From: Nymphaea colorata
Taxonomy: Eukaryota
Direction: 5' to 3'
Assembly: GCF_008831285.2 (NCBI RefSeq)
Contig: NC_045138.2
Location: forward strand, 37,634,001-37,698,000
DNA length: 64,000 bases
Shown piece after piece: positions 50,112 to 62,004 of the stretch (within the stretch, counting starts at the first letter, position 1; each line of letters opens with the position of its first letter). The notes beneath the pieces are model-generated. The model had not been told where the DNA came from and did not search any database. It worked only from the letters and a program-made list of their open reading frames with translations. The translations under genes were made by a program, and so were the position numbers.

Positions 50112-51276
50112 GTGGCGGTGAATCATTTTTCTACTTTTCCGCCTACAAAAACCATGGGCCGACCTTTCCTTCCTCATCAAAAATATCAATATAAACCCCC
50201 ATTCTCCTCTTTTATCGCAAAATCATCCCTTCTTTACTCGACCCTACTAATTAATCATGTTCCTCATTTTTTACTACCTCATAACATGCGGAAAAACTCG
50301 ATCCCATTTTGCAGAAAAACTCATGAACAAACATTTTTCTTTTTTTCTTTTTTTTTAAGCTGAGTTTCATGCTTGCAATTTCTTTGATAACTATTTTTTA
50401 ATAGAAACAAACTCCAAACTGTGTGCTGAGATTACACTTTCTGAGACAACTTTTCTCTACCGCGGGGAATATTAGAACGTGGGGACTTGTGATTGGTTGT
50501 CCCAAAGGATTTTAGGGGAAGGAAGGCAGCCAGGCCAGGTGAACCTAACCAGCGGGCCCCACAAGAGACCGATAGACAAGCGGATCGCCCAGCCGAGCCG
50601 TTTCCAGAAGTGAGCCGAGGCGATTGCACATGATCGGCTCGATGCCCTTGCCTCCGGCTTTGACCGACTCGGTCGCCCTTTGACTTGGCTTTGCCTGGCC
50701 TTCTGGCCTGGACGCACCCGCGGTCGCATTCTAACCTTGACCAAGGCGCGGTGCTGTGACATGTTTCGCTGTGTCAAACCTCAAGTTCGCTAAGTCTTGT
50801 TCAAATTTTGTCATGTAAGAGACACAATGTCGCCATATATATATATATATATATATCGGAAGGCCTTTTGGTGGTTGCCAACCACATAAATTCTAGTGCT
50901 CCTGCTTATTTGGGTTCTTAACACTAAGATTGTAACAAAAAAAATAAGAAAATTGAAGGTGTGATACTGATAAGATTGTGATTATCACTTCATAATTTAT
51001 CTCCTCTTATGAATTGTAACTCTGACCGGAAAACGGCGACCATGACGGAGATTAATGGAGGAGCATCCGGTAGCCAAAGTCATCAGATATGAACGCCACA
51101 AGGGACGCGGCACGCCTGCAGCGTACCGTGGAAGTGCAGCTCGGCCGAGCGGAGCCGAGTTTCTCAAAGTCAAGTCGTCGCGTACACGCAATTTGAATAA
51201 CGAATGGCCCTCTTCTGCCCTTATAAGTACCCGCTCATGGGCGGCCGGGATTTCGGAACGGGAGTCCTCTCCGGCG

Positions 51277-51705
51277 ATGGCAATCGGTCTTCAGGCGGCA
51301 ACCACGGAGGAGATGGACGTGTTGCTCGACGAAAACTTCATGTGCTTGGCTTCGGAACCTTCTCTGGTTCGCCGCACGACTCAGACTCGGGCGACGACGA
51401 AGGGCACGGCTTCGCGGAACCGATCGTCTCCGATCAGGATTCCGACGAGGAACATGGGGAGTACCCGGGCGGTGGAATTTAGGTACGGGGGTGAGAATGG
51501 TGGTGGAGAATTGGACGATGAGGAGGAGGAGGGGGAGGGCATGGTGCCCCCACACGTTATTGTCGACAGGAGGATGAACGGCCGGAAGACGGCGTTCTCG
51601 GTGTGCACGGGCAACGGCCGGACGCTGAAGGGGAGGGATCTGAGGAGGGTGAGGAACCTGGTGTTGACGCAGACGGGCTTCCTCGAGGGACGCTTGGTCT
51701 TCTGA
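51277..51705 (+). CDS. S40: Senescence regulator S40 family (DUF584) protein, copy 2 (142 aa from MAIGL)
   Basis: Motifs SSPIRIP, MVPPH and AFSVCTGNGRTLKGRDLRRVRNLVLTQTGFLE are present. TATAAGTA at 51222-51229 favours the ATG at 51277 over the ORF-track ATG at 51055. Confidence 0.9.
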   Translation: MAIGLQAATTEEMDVLLDENFMCLASEPSLVRRTTQTRATTKGTASRNRSSPIRIPTRNMGSTRAVEFRYGGENGGGELDDEEEEGEGMVPPHVIVDRRMNGRKTAFSVCTGNGRTLKGRDLRRVRNLVLTQTGFLEGRLVF

Positions 51706-52388
51706 AATTTTGTCTTCTATTTCTTCTTTTTTCCTTTTCCTTCTTTCTCGGAGGGGTTTCCCTGATTTTGTTTGCAAAGGTATTTTTGTTCGTTGAGTCG
51801 ACGGCAGAGTGTAAAAATAAATGATTCCAGTAAGGTATCAAAAGACCGAGTTCTAGTTTTCGGTTGTTCAGAAATTTCCTCAGTCTCTTAGCCGGGAAAA
51901 ATTTCCGGCATACTCAAGTTGTGTCGCCAATAAATGAAGAATATTGATGCTTATGGACGGACATGTTCGTTGCTCATGGAATTTAGGAAGGATCGGATAA
52001 CTTCCGGTACTGAATTTGACTGCCGGAAAAATGAAGAAGTCGACTTTATGCTCTTGTTGGCGTTCGTCGTAGCTACCAGGATGATCCCCTTCTCCTTCTT
52101 TTTCTAAATCGGCTTCTGGTTTCTCATTTCGCTTCCCACTTGCCGCATCTTCATAGAAAATACGCTAAGCTTTTGGATTCGGCTTTACAAATTGCTTCAT
52201 TTTTATCTTTCATCATCGGCTTCAGTGCTGGTAATTCCAAGTCAGAATAATTTCAAGCTTGAGTTACAATAAAGTGGGGCTGCAAATTGCCACATTGCGC
52301 TTGTCTTACAATTAAAAGAGAGAAAAAACAGCGGCCGAAGTAGAGAGAATTGGTCCCAACAAATTGCGCGGTTCATAAATTCATTTTA

Positions 52389-52778
52389 CAGGAAAATCTT
52401 CAATTGACAGACGAATGTGAACTTCTGTGAGCCACTTGCTCTTCTGTTGTTTTCTTTAAATGAAAAAGATAATATTAGAATAAATAATAAACTATGGTCA
52501 AGTTTTAAAAAGATGATAATAAACGCTCTGCCTTTTAATAAATTCTCGAGGGGTTGAAGTTGGAGACTTGGTCGCAACAAATTGGGTGTTTCATAAAAGG
52601 CATTTCACCGGAAAATCTTCAATGGACGGACTGAAGGATGGGGAAATTGTCATGTCAACTTTTGTAAGCCACTTGGTCTTCTATTGTTTTCTTAAAGAAA
52701 AGATAACATTTAAATAAATAATAAATTATAGGTTAACTTTTTGAAAGATGATAATAAACGCTCTGCCTTCTTTAATAA
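52389..52778. repeat. Diverged ~150-170-bp direct duplication
   Basis: GGAAAATCTTCAAT...AGCCACTTG.TCTTCT.TTGTTTTCTT...AAAGATGATAATAAACGCTCTGCCTT occurs at ~52389-52541 and ~52608-52778. Confidence 0.85.
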
Positions 52779-54770
52779 GAACCTCAAATAGTTATTTGGG
52801 GTAGAAAACATTAGTTTTTGGTATAAAATGAAAAGATATCCTGTCTCTCCATCAATCGAATGTTTTCTAATTTGAATATGAGTTCTTTTTTTGTTCATTT
52901 TATGTCGAAAATTAATATTTTTAGTTGAAAGACGATTTGTTACTGGCTCAAGCGTTAGGCACTTTTTTTGTTTGTAATTTTAATTTTCGTCATTTTATAA
53001 GAACTAAAATTGATTTGATGCTCTATGCTCTAGTAACAACTCAACCCACTCCCACGTCGGGCGGGTTTGACCCCTGACTATAACCTTTTTATAAGTCTTT
53101 TAAGATTTCACACAATCTTATTTACCAAACTAAATTTTTCAAAATGGGGTGCAACACTCTATACTGAAATAAAAATGAACAACTCCCCAAGAACCAAAAT
53201 TTTGAATTTACTAAGATAGAGATTGGTTTTCATGGCAGAAAGATTAAAAAAAAAAATCGATCTTATTCAGATCCACCACTATAAATGATTTCAACAAACA
53301 CAGTTCGATTCATGTGGCTGTTCATCTCCAACATAAAATCAATAGGTTGTATAGGTGTCGTGGATGTTTGTTCTTATAGCAGGACTACACTATGAGATTC
53401 TTTTAAAGATCGTTTGTCAATAGACTGTTCTATTAATTAAATATACTCCAAAAACAGGGCAAATTCATAAAACATTGTGTTAATAATGTTTCACAAATCT
53501 GCCTCAATCAATTTCATGAAACAACAACAAATTGTCACTATTACCAAACACCCCTTGAGTTTGAAATTTACCGTAAATTGGAGTGTGATTTTTCTTTAAT
53601 CCTCATAGGCATCCATGTTGCTAAATATATATCTAAAGAAAATTGCAGAGCATCTTTAAATGATCAAAATTGTGAAACTACAAAATGTAACCACTAGGAT
53701 ATTATTTCGAAACTTGGGTTTCTGTTCCTTGTTTCGGTACAACTTTGTCATGTTTATCTCGAGGAAAGCTTCATGGTTTAGTGGAAAATTTACATTGCAT
53801 GAAAAGAACATCTAGGAAAGACTAGCTTTCTTTCATTATTTGCATCAATGTTTTACATGAATCGAACATCTTGGAAAGACAAGCTTCTCTTTTATTCCGA
53901 AAGGGAAAAAAAAAACATACAATGCCAATTTGAATTGCATGGAGAGAGATTAGCTACGTTAAGATTACTTTCAAACAAAGAAGAGCCGGTGTTTGCTTAA
54001 AAAGAGAAAAATAAAATGCTTCATCTACAAAGTACTGTTCCTCACAATTTTGCTTTCACATTCATATCGAAGTCAAGAGAAGAGAGCATGCTCATGTTTT
54101 GGCAATATCGATTGCTCCATGGAACTAAGGTCCAAAATATAGAACAAACCAGCGTTCCACGACCTTATCACCCTGTCAATTTCGTTCCACTTAATCACTC
54201 TTTAACAACCACATATCAGTTTGTCCATTGCATGGAAATTAAGTTCTCTCCTGGTGCATGAATCAAATGTTTTGCTTCATTAAGTAATCTCTTTCTCAAA
54301 ATTGTCTTTATCCCATAACGTATAAGGACAAATTTCGCAAATAATTGAAAAACTACTTTCATTTCTTGGCCCTTTTTTCTATAGCTCTTTTTCTCATCAC
54401 AACTGAAATCATAGAACGAAACACTTTCTGATGAATGATTGTAATGGAGTCATTCAGTTGATTCACTTCCTTCGTCTACTGAAAGTTCTCTTTCGGTTGA
54501 TGCGTGGCCGTTGCCTTCTATTCTGCCGTGTTCATCCCTTCCCTTCTTCAAAATTTGAGAGAACAAAATCTTCTAGTTATAATTTTGTAAAACTTTTCAT
54601 TATAATTTTGGTTTTTAAACATTTTTTACTTTCTCTCTCTCTTCAAGGAGATGCTCACATGGAAAAACAATTATATCCTTTTAATTTATCTTCTCTGTGA
54701 TCCTGCAATATATGCCTCGTTCTGCTTCTGCATCGGGCAGTCCGTCTTGAATAATGGGCGTTGCAAAGTT

Positions 54771-55711
54771 GACAATATCAATTGAGCGGGGTCGGTAGAT
54801 GAACAATTATAGAAGATGAAGGAAACAGAGTTCTATCAACTGGTTTTTTGTCGTCTCAAACGAGATAGCTTTGAAGTCACCATTTTCAACTGGTGGTGCC
54901 TTTTACAATGGAAACCTTATCCACGTTTAGTTCATTGGTCAATGGTATACCAACTTCCTCTCAGGCCTTATTTCTCACTTTCAACAACAGATGCTAAAGT
55001 CCCCGCCGTTCAAGACAAAAGCTACAGCCACATGTCGACATCAAAGAAAAGGGGAGGAAGTGACTCTAAAATTGCAGATTGTAGCAGTTATAATCTGGCA
55101 GATTGTTGAATATGCTTCCAGAATTATATCTCTTCATCTCCTATCGATTCCGTTGTATATAATCTTAACCACCAGAAGACCTTCAGCAGTAACCTGCTCT
55201 GGTGAATTCACTGTATTAAACCTTTCAATGTCAGAAGATCGGGAGTTTGGTATCTAAACTTCTTTTGTTATATATGATTTGAGAGTCGCTCTGGGATGCA
55301 GCAAAGAGTGCATAATCAGGCACTCCCCAACAAAGTCCAAGGGAAAAGTAGAACACCACTGTTACTAAATTGACAAGCCAGTCTACCAAAAGCACACGCA
55401 TGGTCTCCAAAGCCCAGGAACCAGATGGACTTATCTCAAACGACACAGGAAAACAGAGTTCTCGTGAGTTTTCTATACTGTGGATCGGAGTCAGAACGAC
55501 AGTGATAAATGGTATAGAAGTTAAGCCGAAGTCCGATAATTTTGTCAAGTTCATTATTAAAATCCAAGAGAAAACAGAGATGTTCGTGGTGTGTACGCAT
55601 GGAATTTGTGAGGGTGAGAAATGTATACTAGTTTCTTGATAGTGAAGACGACTCTGCAACAGATTTATCTGTTTTTGACATTATCTTGGGGGTTTCTTTG
55701 GAGTCGTTCAT
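54771..55711 (-). pseudogene. Endogenous geminivirus-like (mastrevirus-type/CRESS) replication-associated protein (Rep) remnant
   Basis: Degenerate motifs are collinear on the minus strand: RN*YTFLT (55636-55613, RCR motif I), GVPDY/HSLL (55326-55299, motif II), KEV*IPNSRSSDI (55265-55227, GRS), P....A.....VK/DYI (55202-55156, motif III), DRR*RDIILEAYS (~55145-55107), PFL* (55052-55041) and RPRSIDIV (54794-54771, pre-Walker A). TATAAATA at 55796-55789 lies upstream of in-frame ATGs at 55711 and 55681. There are many stops and frameshifts. Confidence 0.65.
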
Positions 55712-56438
55712 CAGCACAGGAGGTGTTTGATGGTTTTGTACCAAACGAAAGGCTCCTGTTACTTGGAAGATGGAACAAGTTACCGATATATTTATACCCG
55801 ACTGCTTCCACGTAGAGTCCTTTCTTGTCCGACGCCCATTGGTTTCGTTTCATTCCTTTCACTTCTCATCCAAAGCGCCCACATATTAGATTGTATTAAA
55901 CGACAATAGATCTCTCTCAAGCAATATAATATGAAACGGCTTACGGTTTGAATCAAGTTAACAAGAACTGCTACAATTTAGGTAGCCTACATATATTTTT
56001 ATTCATGAAATAACAACTGAAACATGGTTTTGCCTATGTTCGTTCATTCAAATATGGTTTTAGTAATTTTAATTGTACCATCCAAAACCAAGAAATGGAT
56101 TCTTAGATGAGATCGCTTAGATGTGAAAATAAGATTTTGAACAATTTCTCAAATAATTCTGTTGCTTAGGTATAGTCGGTTCTCAAGTAACTAAAGTATA
56201 AACAAACTGCTAAGCTCTCGAACATGATAGTTACATATGAATGGTTGATACTTAAAAATAACAAACACAGACGGTTTTTGCTAAGTTATTACACAATTCT
56301 TCCTCAAATTGCAACAGATCTAAAGTAAGAGATTGGTTATATATCTCAGGGGATGTATATGGTTAGCGGTACTTGACAGATCACATCCCCATTAGAAAAA
56401 TATGTCAAAGAGTGTTGTTTGTGTGTGTGTGTCAGTGT

Positions 56439-56474
<36 letters not shown>

Positions 56475-59238
56475 ATGGGAAAAGTAGATCATTAGTTTCA
56501 ATCGTGTTTGTTTCTCTGTTTATCAACCAAGAGAGAACACGAAAGTCAAGAAGGTTGTTTGGAAATGTATACATATACGCGCAAGATTTGATTTAGATGT
56601 GCACACGTATCGAGCAATTTATATTTTTCTAGGAAGTGGCTTATCCAATTCATCACTTGAAAGGAACTCCTGATCTTATTATAATATAAAATCACCAACG
56701 TCTATCCATTTCTTGCATACATGGTGGACTGCCAAGTACTTGCACTGCCGTTCCATACCGTCCTTGCTTGAAAAGAACACTAAGAGGCGTCCCCATTTTT
56801 TCCTGTTACGTGAATATAATAAGCCTGGTAAAAGGCGAAGAAAGCCCTGATACTTCATAAAATTAACACGACCTCAATTGCTCAATCACAGCCCGAAAAT
56901 GACTAAAATACCCATGATAGCAAAAAAAAAAAAAACCATTGTAAAAAATGAAAAACTTAAAAAAAAAAGCCCCTTTCCTAAAATAATAAAAAAAAGAGCT
57001 TTCATGTGACAAAGTGAAACTAGTTATATGCACAAAAGATATAATATGACAAAAAATGTCTCAAACTTATGGAAGCAAAGACCCTTTTGTAACAAAAGAT
57101 GGAAAAGTGGAAATCTCCCAAAATGTCCATTCTTTCAAAAATTACTAAAATACCCCTCACACAAACGTTGGTGGATATGGATTTATGGTCTAGGTTGGTA
57201 ATCTAATGTAAAATAGAGACTCGTTATGAACATCATGAGACATTTGACCAGGCCCATATATAATAGGAGTCCAGATGTGATGGCCCGACCGGATTTCAAG
57301 CCTCCCATGATAGGAGATATGAATATATAATCCTTTAAAATTTCTAAAAATATTGAATGTAAGGCTAAATTAAACATTACCATCATTAAATTAACACATT
57401 ATTATTATTATTTTGGCATGATTGATGAGAACTTAGGATTTGAAGCGATGGTGATAGTAACGCTTGTGGACTGAGAAATTGATGGGATATCATATAATAT
57501 AATGCGATTAGTCTGCGTTGAAAATTTGCAAATACCGCATTTAGAGGCGAAAGGCATAATGGTCATTAGATGTCCAAAACGAGTGGCTAAAACAAGGGGC
57601 TCTGCATCGACTATAAGGATTATTTAGAATATGCTAACTAAGATAACGTTTTATATGCTGACGATAATTGAAGAATAGATGAAAAATCGTGATTTACTAT
57701 CAGGTCACATATGATTAAATAAATAATTCACCAAGCCCTTGCCTGTGTTCTGGAGATACGATCCTTCCTTCCTTTGTTTCAATAAAAAGTAATTGCGGGT
57801 GGCAATGATTTGATCCATTAAAGATTTATATTATAAGCAGAGGAATTTATTAATTCGGTATTCACATTATCCACCTGTACTGACACGGACGTTATATTAT
57901 AAAAGATCAAGGGAACGTTAACGTTACTGTCATTCGAGTGTGAACTGTGCAAGTGTTTTTCAATATGGGTGTTGCTTCTTACATAATTTCGACTGGCCCC
58001 CTCTAAGAACAAAATGAGATCAAAATATGGCGAGTAGCATTTTTCATCACTGCCAGCTCTTGTTTAGGATACAAATGAAGGAATTGTTTTTGTGTTGGGA
58101 ATGGGTTCCTAACGCAAAAGCTCCTTTTGAGAAGAGGGCAACTTCAATTTTTTTTTTTTTTTTGGTTTAAATAATTCTCTTGCTTTCCTTTTTTTGTTCT
58201 TAGAGGAAGCTTTCTCTGATGTTCACGGTTTTCCAAATTAGGGACAAAATTTGGGGCTTTAATAGAAAGCATCCACAAACGTGGAGGCCTATGATTGGTT
58301 GAGTTTTTTTGGTTTATTCCTTCCTTCCACCAATCTGGACGTTTCTAACTTTTTAAGAGAGAGAAAACTCGTTGCCAGAAGAAGACAAAGGTGATGGCTA
58401 AGAAGACCCACTTCGAAAGCGGACACAAACATCTCTCTCTCTCTGCTTTTAACTTCTTCCATTATAGTACGAAGATGCGAACTTTCGGCTAACAGCCACT
58501 CGAAAAGCTGAGCACAAGCTCCCAACTTTTAACTTCTTCCATAATAGTGTTGAGCAGGCAAATATTTCGAACTTTGGGCTCATTAACTTAAGCCCTCATC
58601 CGCCGCCTTCGGCATCCGACACGAGTCCGACTATGTTTAAGTGACTTGATTAGAATTTATATTTCTTGATTTTGTTTGTCTTACTACTAAGCACTATATA
58701 TTCGTCCATTATTTTAACATTGATATGTTCAAATATTTGCTTTTGTTGTGCCCTTTTGGATGTAGAAATAAGGTAGCCTACTTATCTTGACATGTAGCTG
58801 CAATTTCCAAGTCACATGTGATTGATTAACCCATAATGTCCCCATCCCCGCAAATAATGTCATCATATTACAACATTCTCTTACAACTGTAGATTGGTAT
58901 CTCAAGTTGCTTCGTAAACAAACAATTAGATGCTGTTAATTATGAAACTCCAGAATTAATGGCCGCCAAGATCTGGCAACCTCATCGCCATCAATGATTG
59001 AGCCACACAGCCGGGGCCTGGTTATGATAAGCAGTCATAATAATGGATTAACAATTTTATTTAGTAGATTAATTTGATTGTTGGGTGGAGCACAGAAGTA
59101 GTTTTCTCCTTTTCATTGAGCGCCTTGTGATTTTAGGAGGTGGACGGATGCTCGGTTCAGACGCGGAAGATTCGTGCTGAGCCGGAGCTCGGATGACGCC
59201 ATATGACCATCGCAAACCCTTGCGGGTCCTTCCCTCTC

Positions 59239-59246
59239 TATAAATA
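59239..59246 (+). promoter_or_regulatory. TATA box of S40 copy 3
   Basis: Canonical CTATAAATAC, 83 nt upstream of the ATG at 59322. Confidence 0.65.
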
Positions 59247-59321
59247 CGCGACCAAACCTGCAGCCCCCACAGAGATTTGCCCCAACCACCCCCGCCGGGA
59301 AACGAAGCCGTTCCAGCAGCC

Positions 59322-59771
59322 ATGGCGATCGACGTTACGGCGGGCCCAGAGCAGGGGATGGCGGAAGAGTACTTCGAGGAAGACGTTATGTTCCTCATGT
59401 GGGCTGCTGTCGAAACGGCTCCGAGCGGAAGTCCCGATGTTGTCGAGAGCACTCCGGCGGCGAAAATGAACGAAACGGCTCGAAAAAAGTCGTCTCCGGT
59501 GCGCATTCCGGCGGGAAAGTCTGGGAGCCCCGCAGTGTTGGAGTTCTTGAGCAGGAGCGAGGGCCGCGGCGGAGGTGTGGACGATGATGGGGAGGGGGAG
59601 TTGCTTCCTCCGCACGTTATCGTCGAGAGGCGGTTCGGCGGAGGTGGCCGGAGGACGGCGTTCTCGGTGTGCACGGGAAACGGGCGGACGCTCAAGGGGA
59701 GAGATCTGAGGACGGTGAGGAACTCGGTGTTGATGCAGACGGGCTTCCTGGAGGGACGCCTCACCTCCTGA
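59322..59771 (+). CDS. S40: Senescence regulator S40 family (DUF584) protein, copy 3 (149 aa from MAIDV)
   Basis: Motifs FEEDVMF, SSPVRIP, LLPPH and AFSVCTGNGRTLKGRDLRTVRNSVLMQTGFLE are present. The ATG is in a GCCATGG context. Confidence 0.92.
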   Translation: MAIDVTAGPEQGMAEEYFEEDVMFLMWAAVETAPSGSPDVVESTPAAKMNETARKKSSPVRIPAGKSGSPAVLEFLSRSEGRGGGVDDDGEGELLPPHVIVERRFGGGGRRTAFSVCTGNGRTLKGRDLRTVRNSVLMQTGFLEGRLTS

Positions 59772-60381
59772 CATCTCTCTGTTCCTCCCATTTCTTTTCG
59801 GTCTCTTTCTCTCGTCCTTAGATTTTGTTTTTGCCGTTTCCTGTGGACTATTCCCTCCAGTCCAGTTAGTTCAATAATCCATCCAAATTTTGTACAGATA
59901 AATTGCAGGTCATTTTAGAAAATAGTTTATTACTGCTGCTGCCACGCATGAGTTCCTGCTCCTTTCCCGGATTTCCGGAAATTTTTCCGGCAGGTTGCCG
60001 GAATCATGTGTACTCTGTTGTACGTTCAGAACTGATGAAACGAAGAAGAGAGAAAGAGCGTAGATTCATGTATACAAGCAAGCTGTTGAATGACATTCCA
60101 TTACGCATCTTAAAGTTCGTAGCATTTTACATACTCGAGGAGTCGGATTTTGGTGGAACCTACCAGATGCTTTTTTATTCATACGACGATCGTGTCTCAG
60201 TCTCTAAGGAAACTTGGTAGCAATTATCTGGACAAACTAAACAGTCAGTGGAATATTATCCAAGCATATCCAGTTTACAATATAATTCTTGAAGCAATTA
60301 TGGGTCTTCGACAAGAAAAACACTTTGTGTGCGAGTGTACTATAAATTTGCTTTAAAGATTGACATTTACACTTCTGCTTC

Positions 60382-60423
60382 GTCAATTTTGATAACAGAG
60401 TGTCAATTTTGATAACAGAGTGT
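60382..60423. repeat. 20-bp tandem repeat x2 (GTCAATTTTGATAACAGAGT)
   Basis: Exact adjacent copies. Confidence 0.9.
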
Positions 60424-61107
60424 TTTTATTGTCAAACAACCCCTTGAAGTTAATGGGCAAATTCTCTTGGTTGGCCTGACTCAATTTGGTGCTTGCAAAC
60501 ACCACAGAAGCCAACCAAACAATTGAGTCAATAACGTGTGTGGTGTGAAGGGCCCATGCAGCCGAACACAACTTTCACATGCTTTAACTGATAATTCTGG
60601 ATATCGATGGATCTCACTGTCATATCACCTCAGTTGAATCGGATCCTTGGATCGATACTGACCAAAACCGAATATGTCATCTGTCTTTCCTTCTTTTTCA
60701 CAATATTTCACGAACTTGGACGTGTTTTTCATGAACGCAAAAGGCAAACAAGAGCTTGAAGACGTAGACGTCAATCCATATTGAAAACATGCACCGACTT
60801 TGCCAATAGTCTCTGTCCAAGATTACATCACACACGATATTATCGAATATCTAAAGAACCACTACCACCTTACATTTCAAAAACATTAAATAATCATATT
60901 CGATATACTGATAAAGAAGAACCGGGCTTGAGAAATGCGAAGCTATAACGTAACGTTCATGGTCTTGTCCTCGTCAATGTTGATGAATCCAAACTTATTT
61001 CGCCATGAGAAAAACAAAAATGTTGACTGCACCTTGGAGTTTGTAAGAAGGTACACGTTGATGTCTCCATAAAAAAAGATTCTTCGCCTATCAAACATGT
61101 TTATAAC

Positions 61108-61111
<4 letters not shown>

Positions 61112-61172
<61 letters not shown>
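61112..61172. repeat. (TA)~30 microsatellite
   Basis: Directly visible. Further (TA)n tracts are at ~7488-7520, 61959-62001 and 63595-63618, (GA)n at ~37455-37498 and (CA)n at ~56439-56467. Confidence 0.95.
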
Positions 61173-61174
<2 letters not shown>

Positions 61175-61956
61175 CCAAATACACGTAATAAGAATTGAGA
61201 GATCATTACAATGGGCATAGACCACAGGAATGACGACAGCTATGGAAAATAGTGAAGCTGCAATTCGACGTTGTTGAATAAATTAAATTAGACAGGAACA
61301 TGAAAGAGACTTAATTAAAACTAATCTTCTTTATTTTCCATATGCTTCACTGGGAATATGGATTTAATTTGTCACCCACTGCCGTCCCGTCCAGGTCTGG
61401 CATTTTTTTGTGTATTTTTTCGAAAATCCAGTCATGCATGCACATATATAGATGTGGATCGAGTGTGTCAAAAAACATAAGAATAAAACTAAAAGAACTT
61501 GGAATTTCGGCTAATTAGTTCGCTCAATAAATTAAAATTCCATTTTTGTTAAAAAGTGTGACACTCAAATTCGAGGCCCTGCAGAAACTAAATATGAATC
61601 CAAGTACATGTGAACATCAAACTCTAAGTTGATTCAGGAATCCATAAGCATCCCATTAGATGGCATCCATCTAAAGCGAAATTCAGCCTAATTAGCAAGC
61701 TTGAACTGTTTATATTTTGAAACTTTGCTTCACATGGTCTCTGACCTGCACATCCTGGCCCGAACGTTTAATTGTGTTTCTGAATTTGGAAGCCGGGATA
61801 GCTAAATATGTAATAGTGCAGCTAAAGTTGACAAAAATCTCATGCTTGGTAGGAACCAAATAGCAACCAGCTTGCTTGATTATGGAGCCATTGTTTGAAA
61901 GTGGTTCATAATAAATAAATTAGGAATTTAACTGCTTAAAACAACTTTGATTGCTT

Positions 61957-62004
<48 letters not shown>

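Noticed and set aside
51055..51276. 74-aa N-terminal extension of S40 copy 2
   Set aside because: It spans the TATA box at 51222 and has no counterpart in copy 3. The shared M-A-I start is at 51277.
55231..55659. 142-aa minus-strand ORF as a protein kinase gene (KLSDFGL)
   Set aside because: It has no HRD, VAIK, Gly-loop or properly spaced APE motif, and it starts at TTG. The surrounding region is better explained by collinear Rep motifs.
46987..59791. Long antisense and alternate-frame ORFs over the S40 genes (e.g. 59069-59791, 51235-51777, 46987-47493)
   Set aside because: They are shadows of GC-rich S40 coding sequence with no recognisable domains.
1406..60423. Short direct repeats as CRISPR-like arrays
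   Set aside because: They are only 2-3 adjacent copies without unique spacers, in a plant nuclear context.
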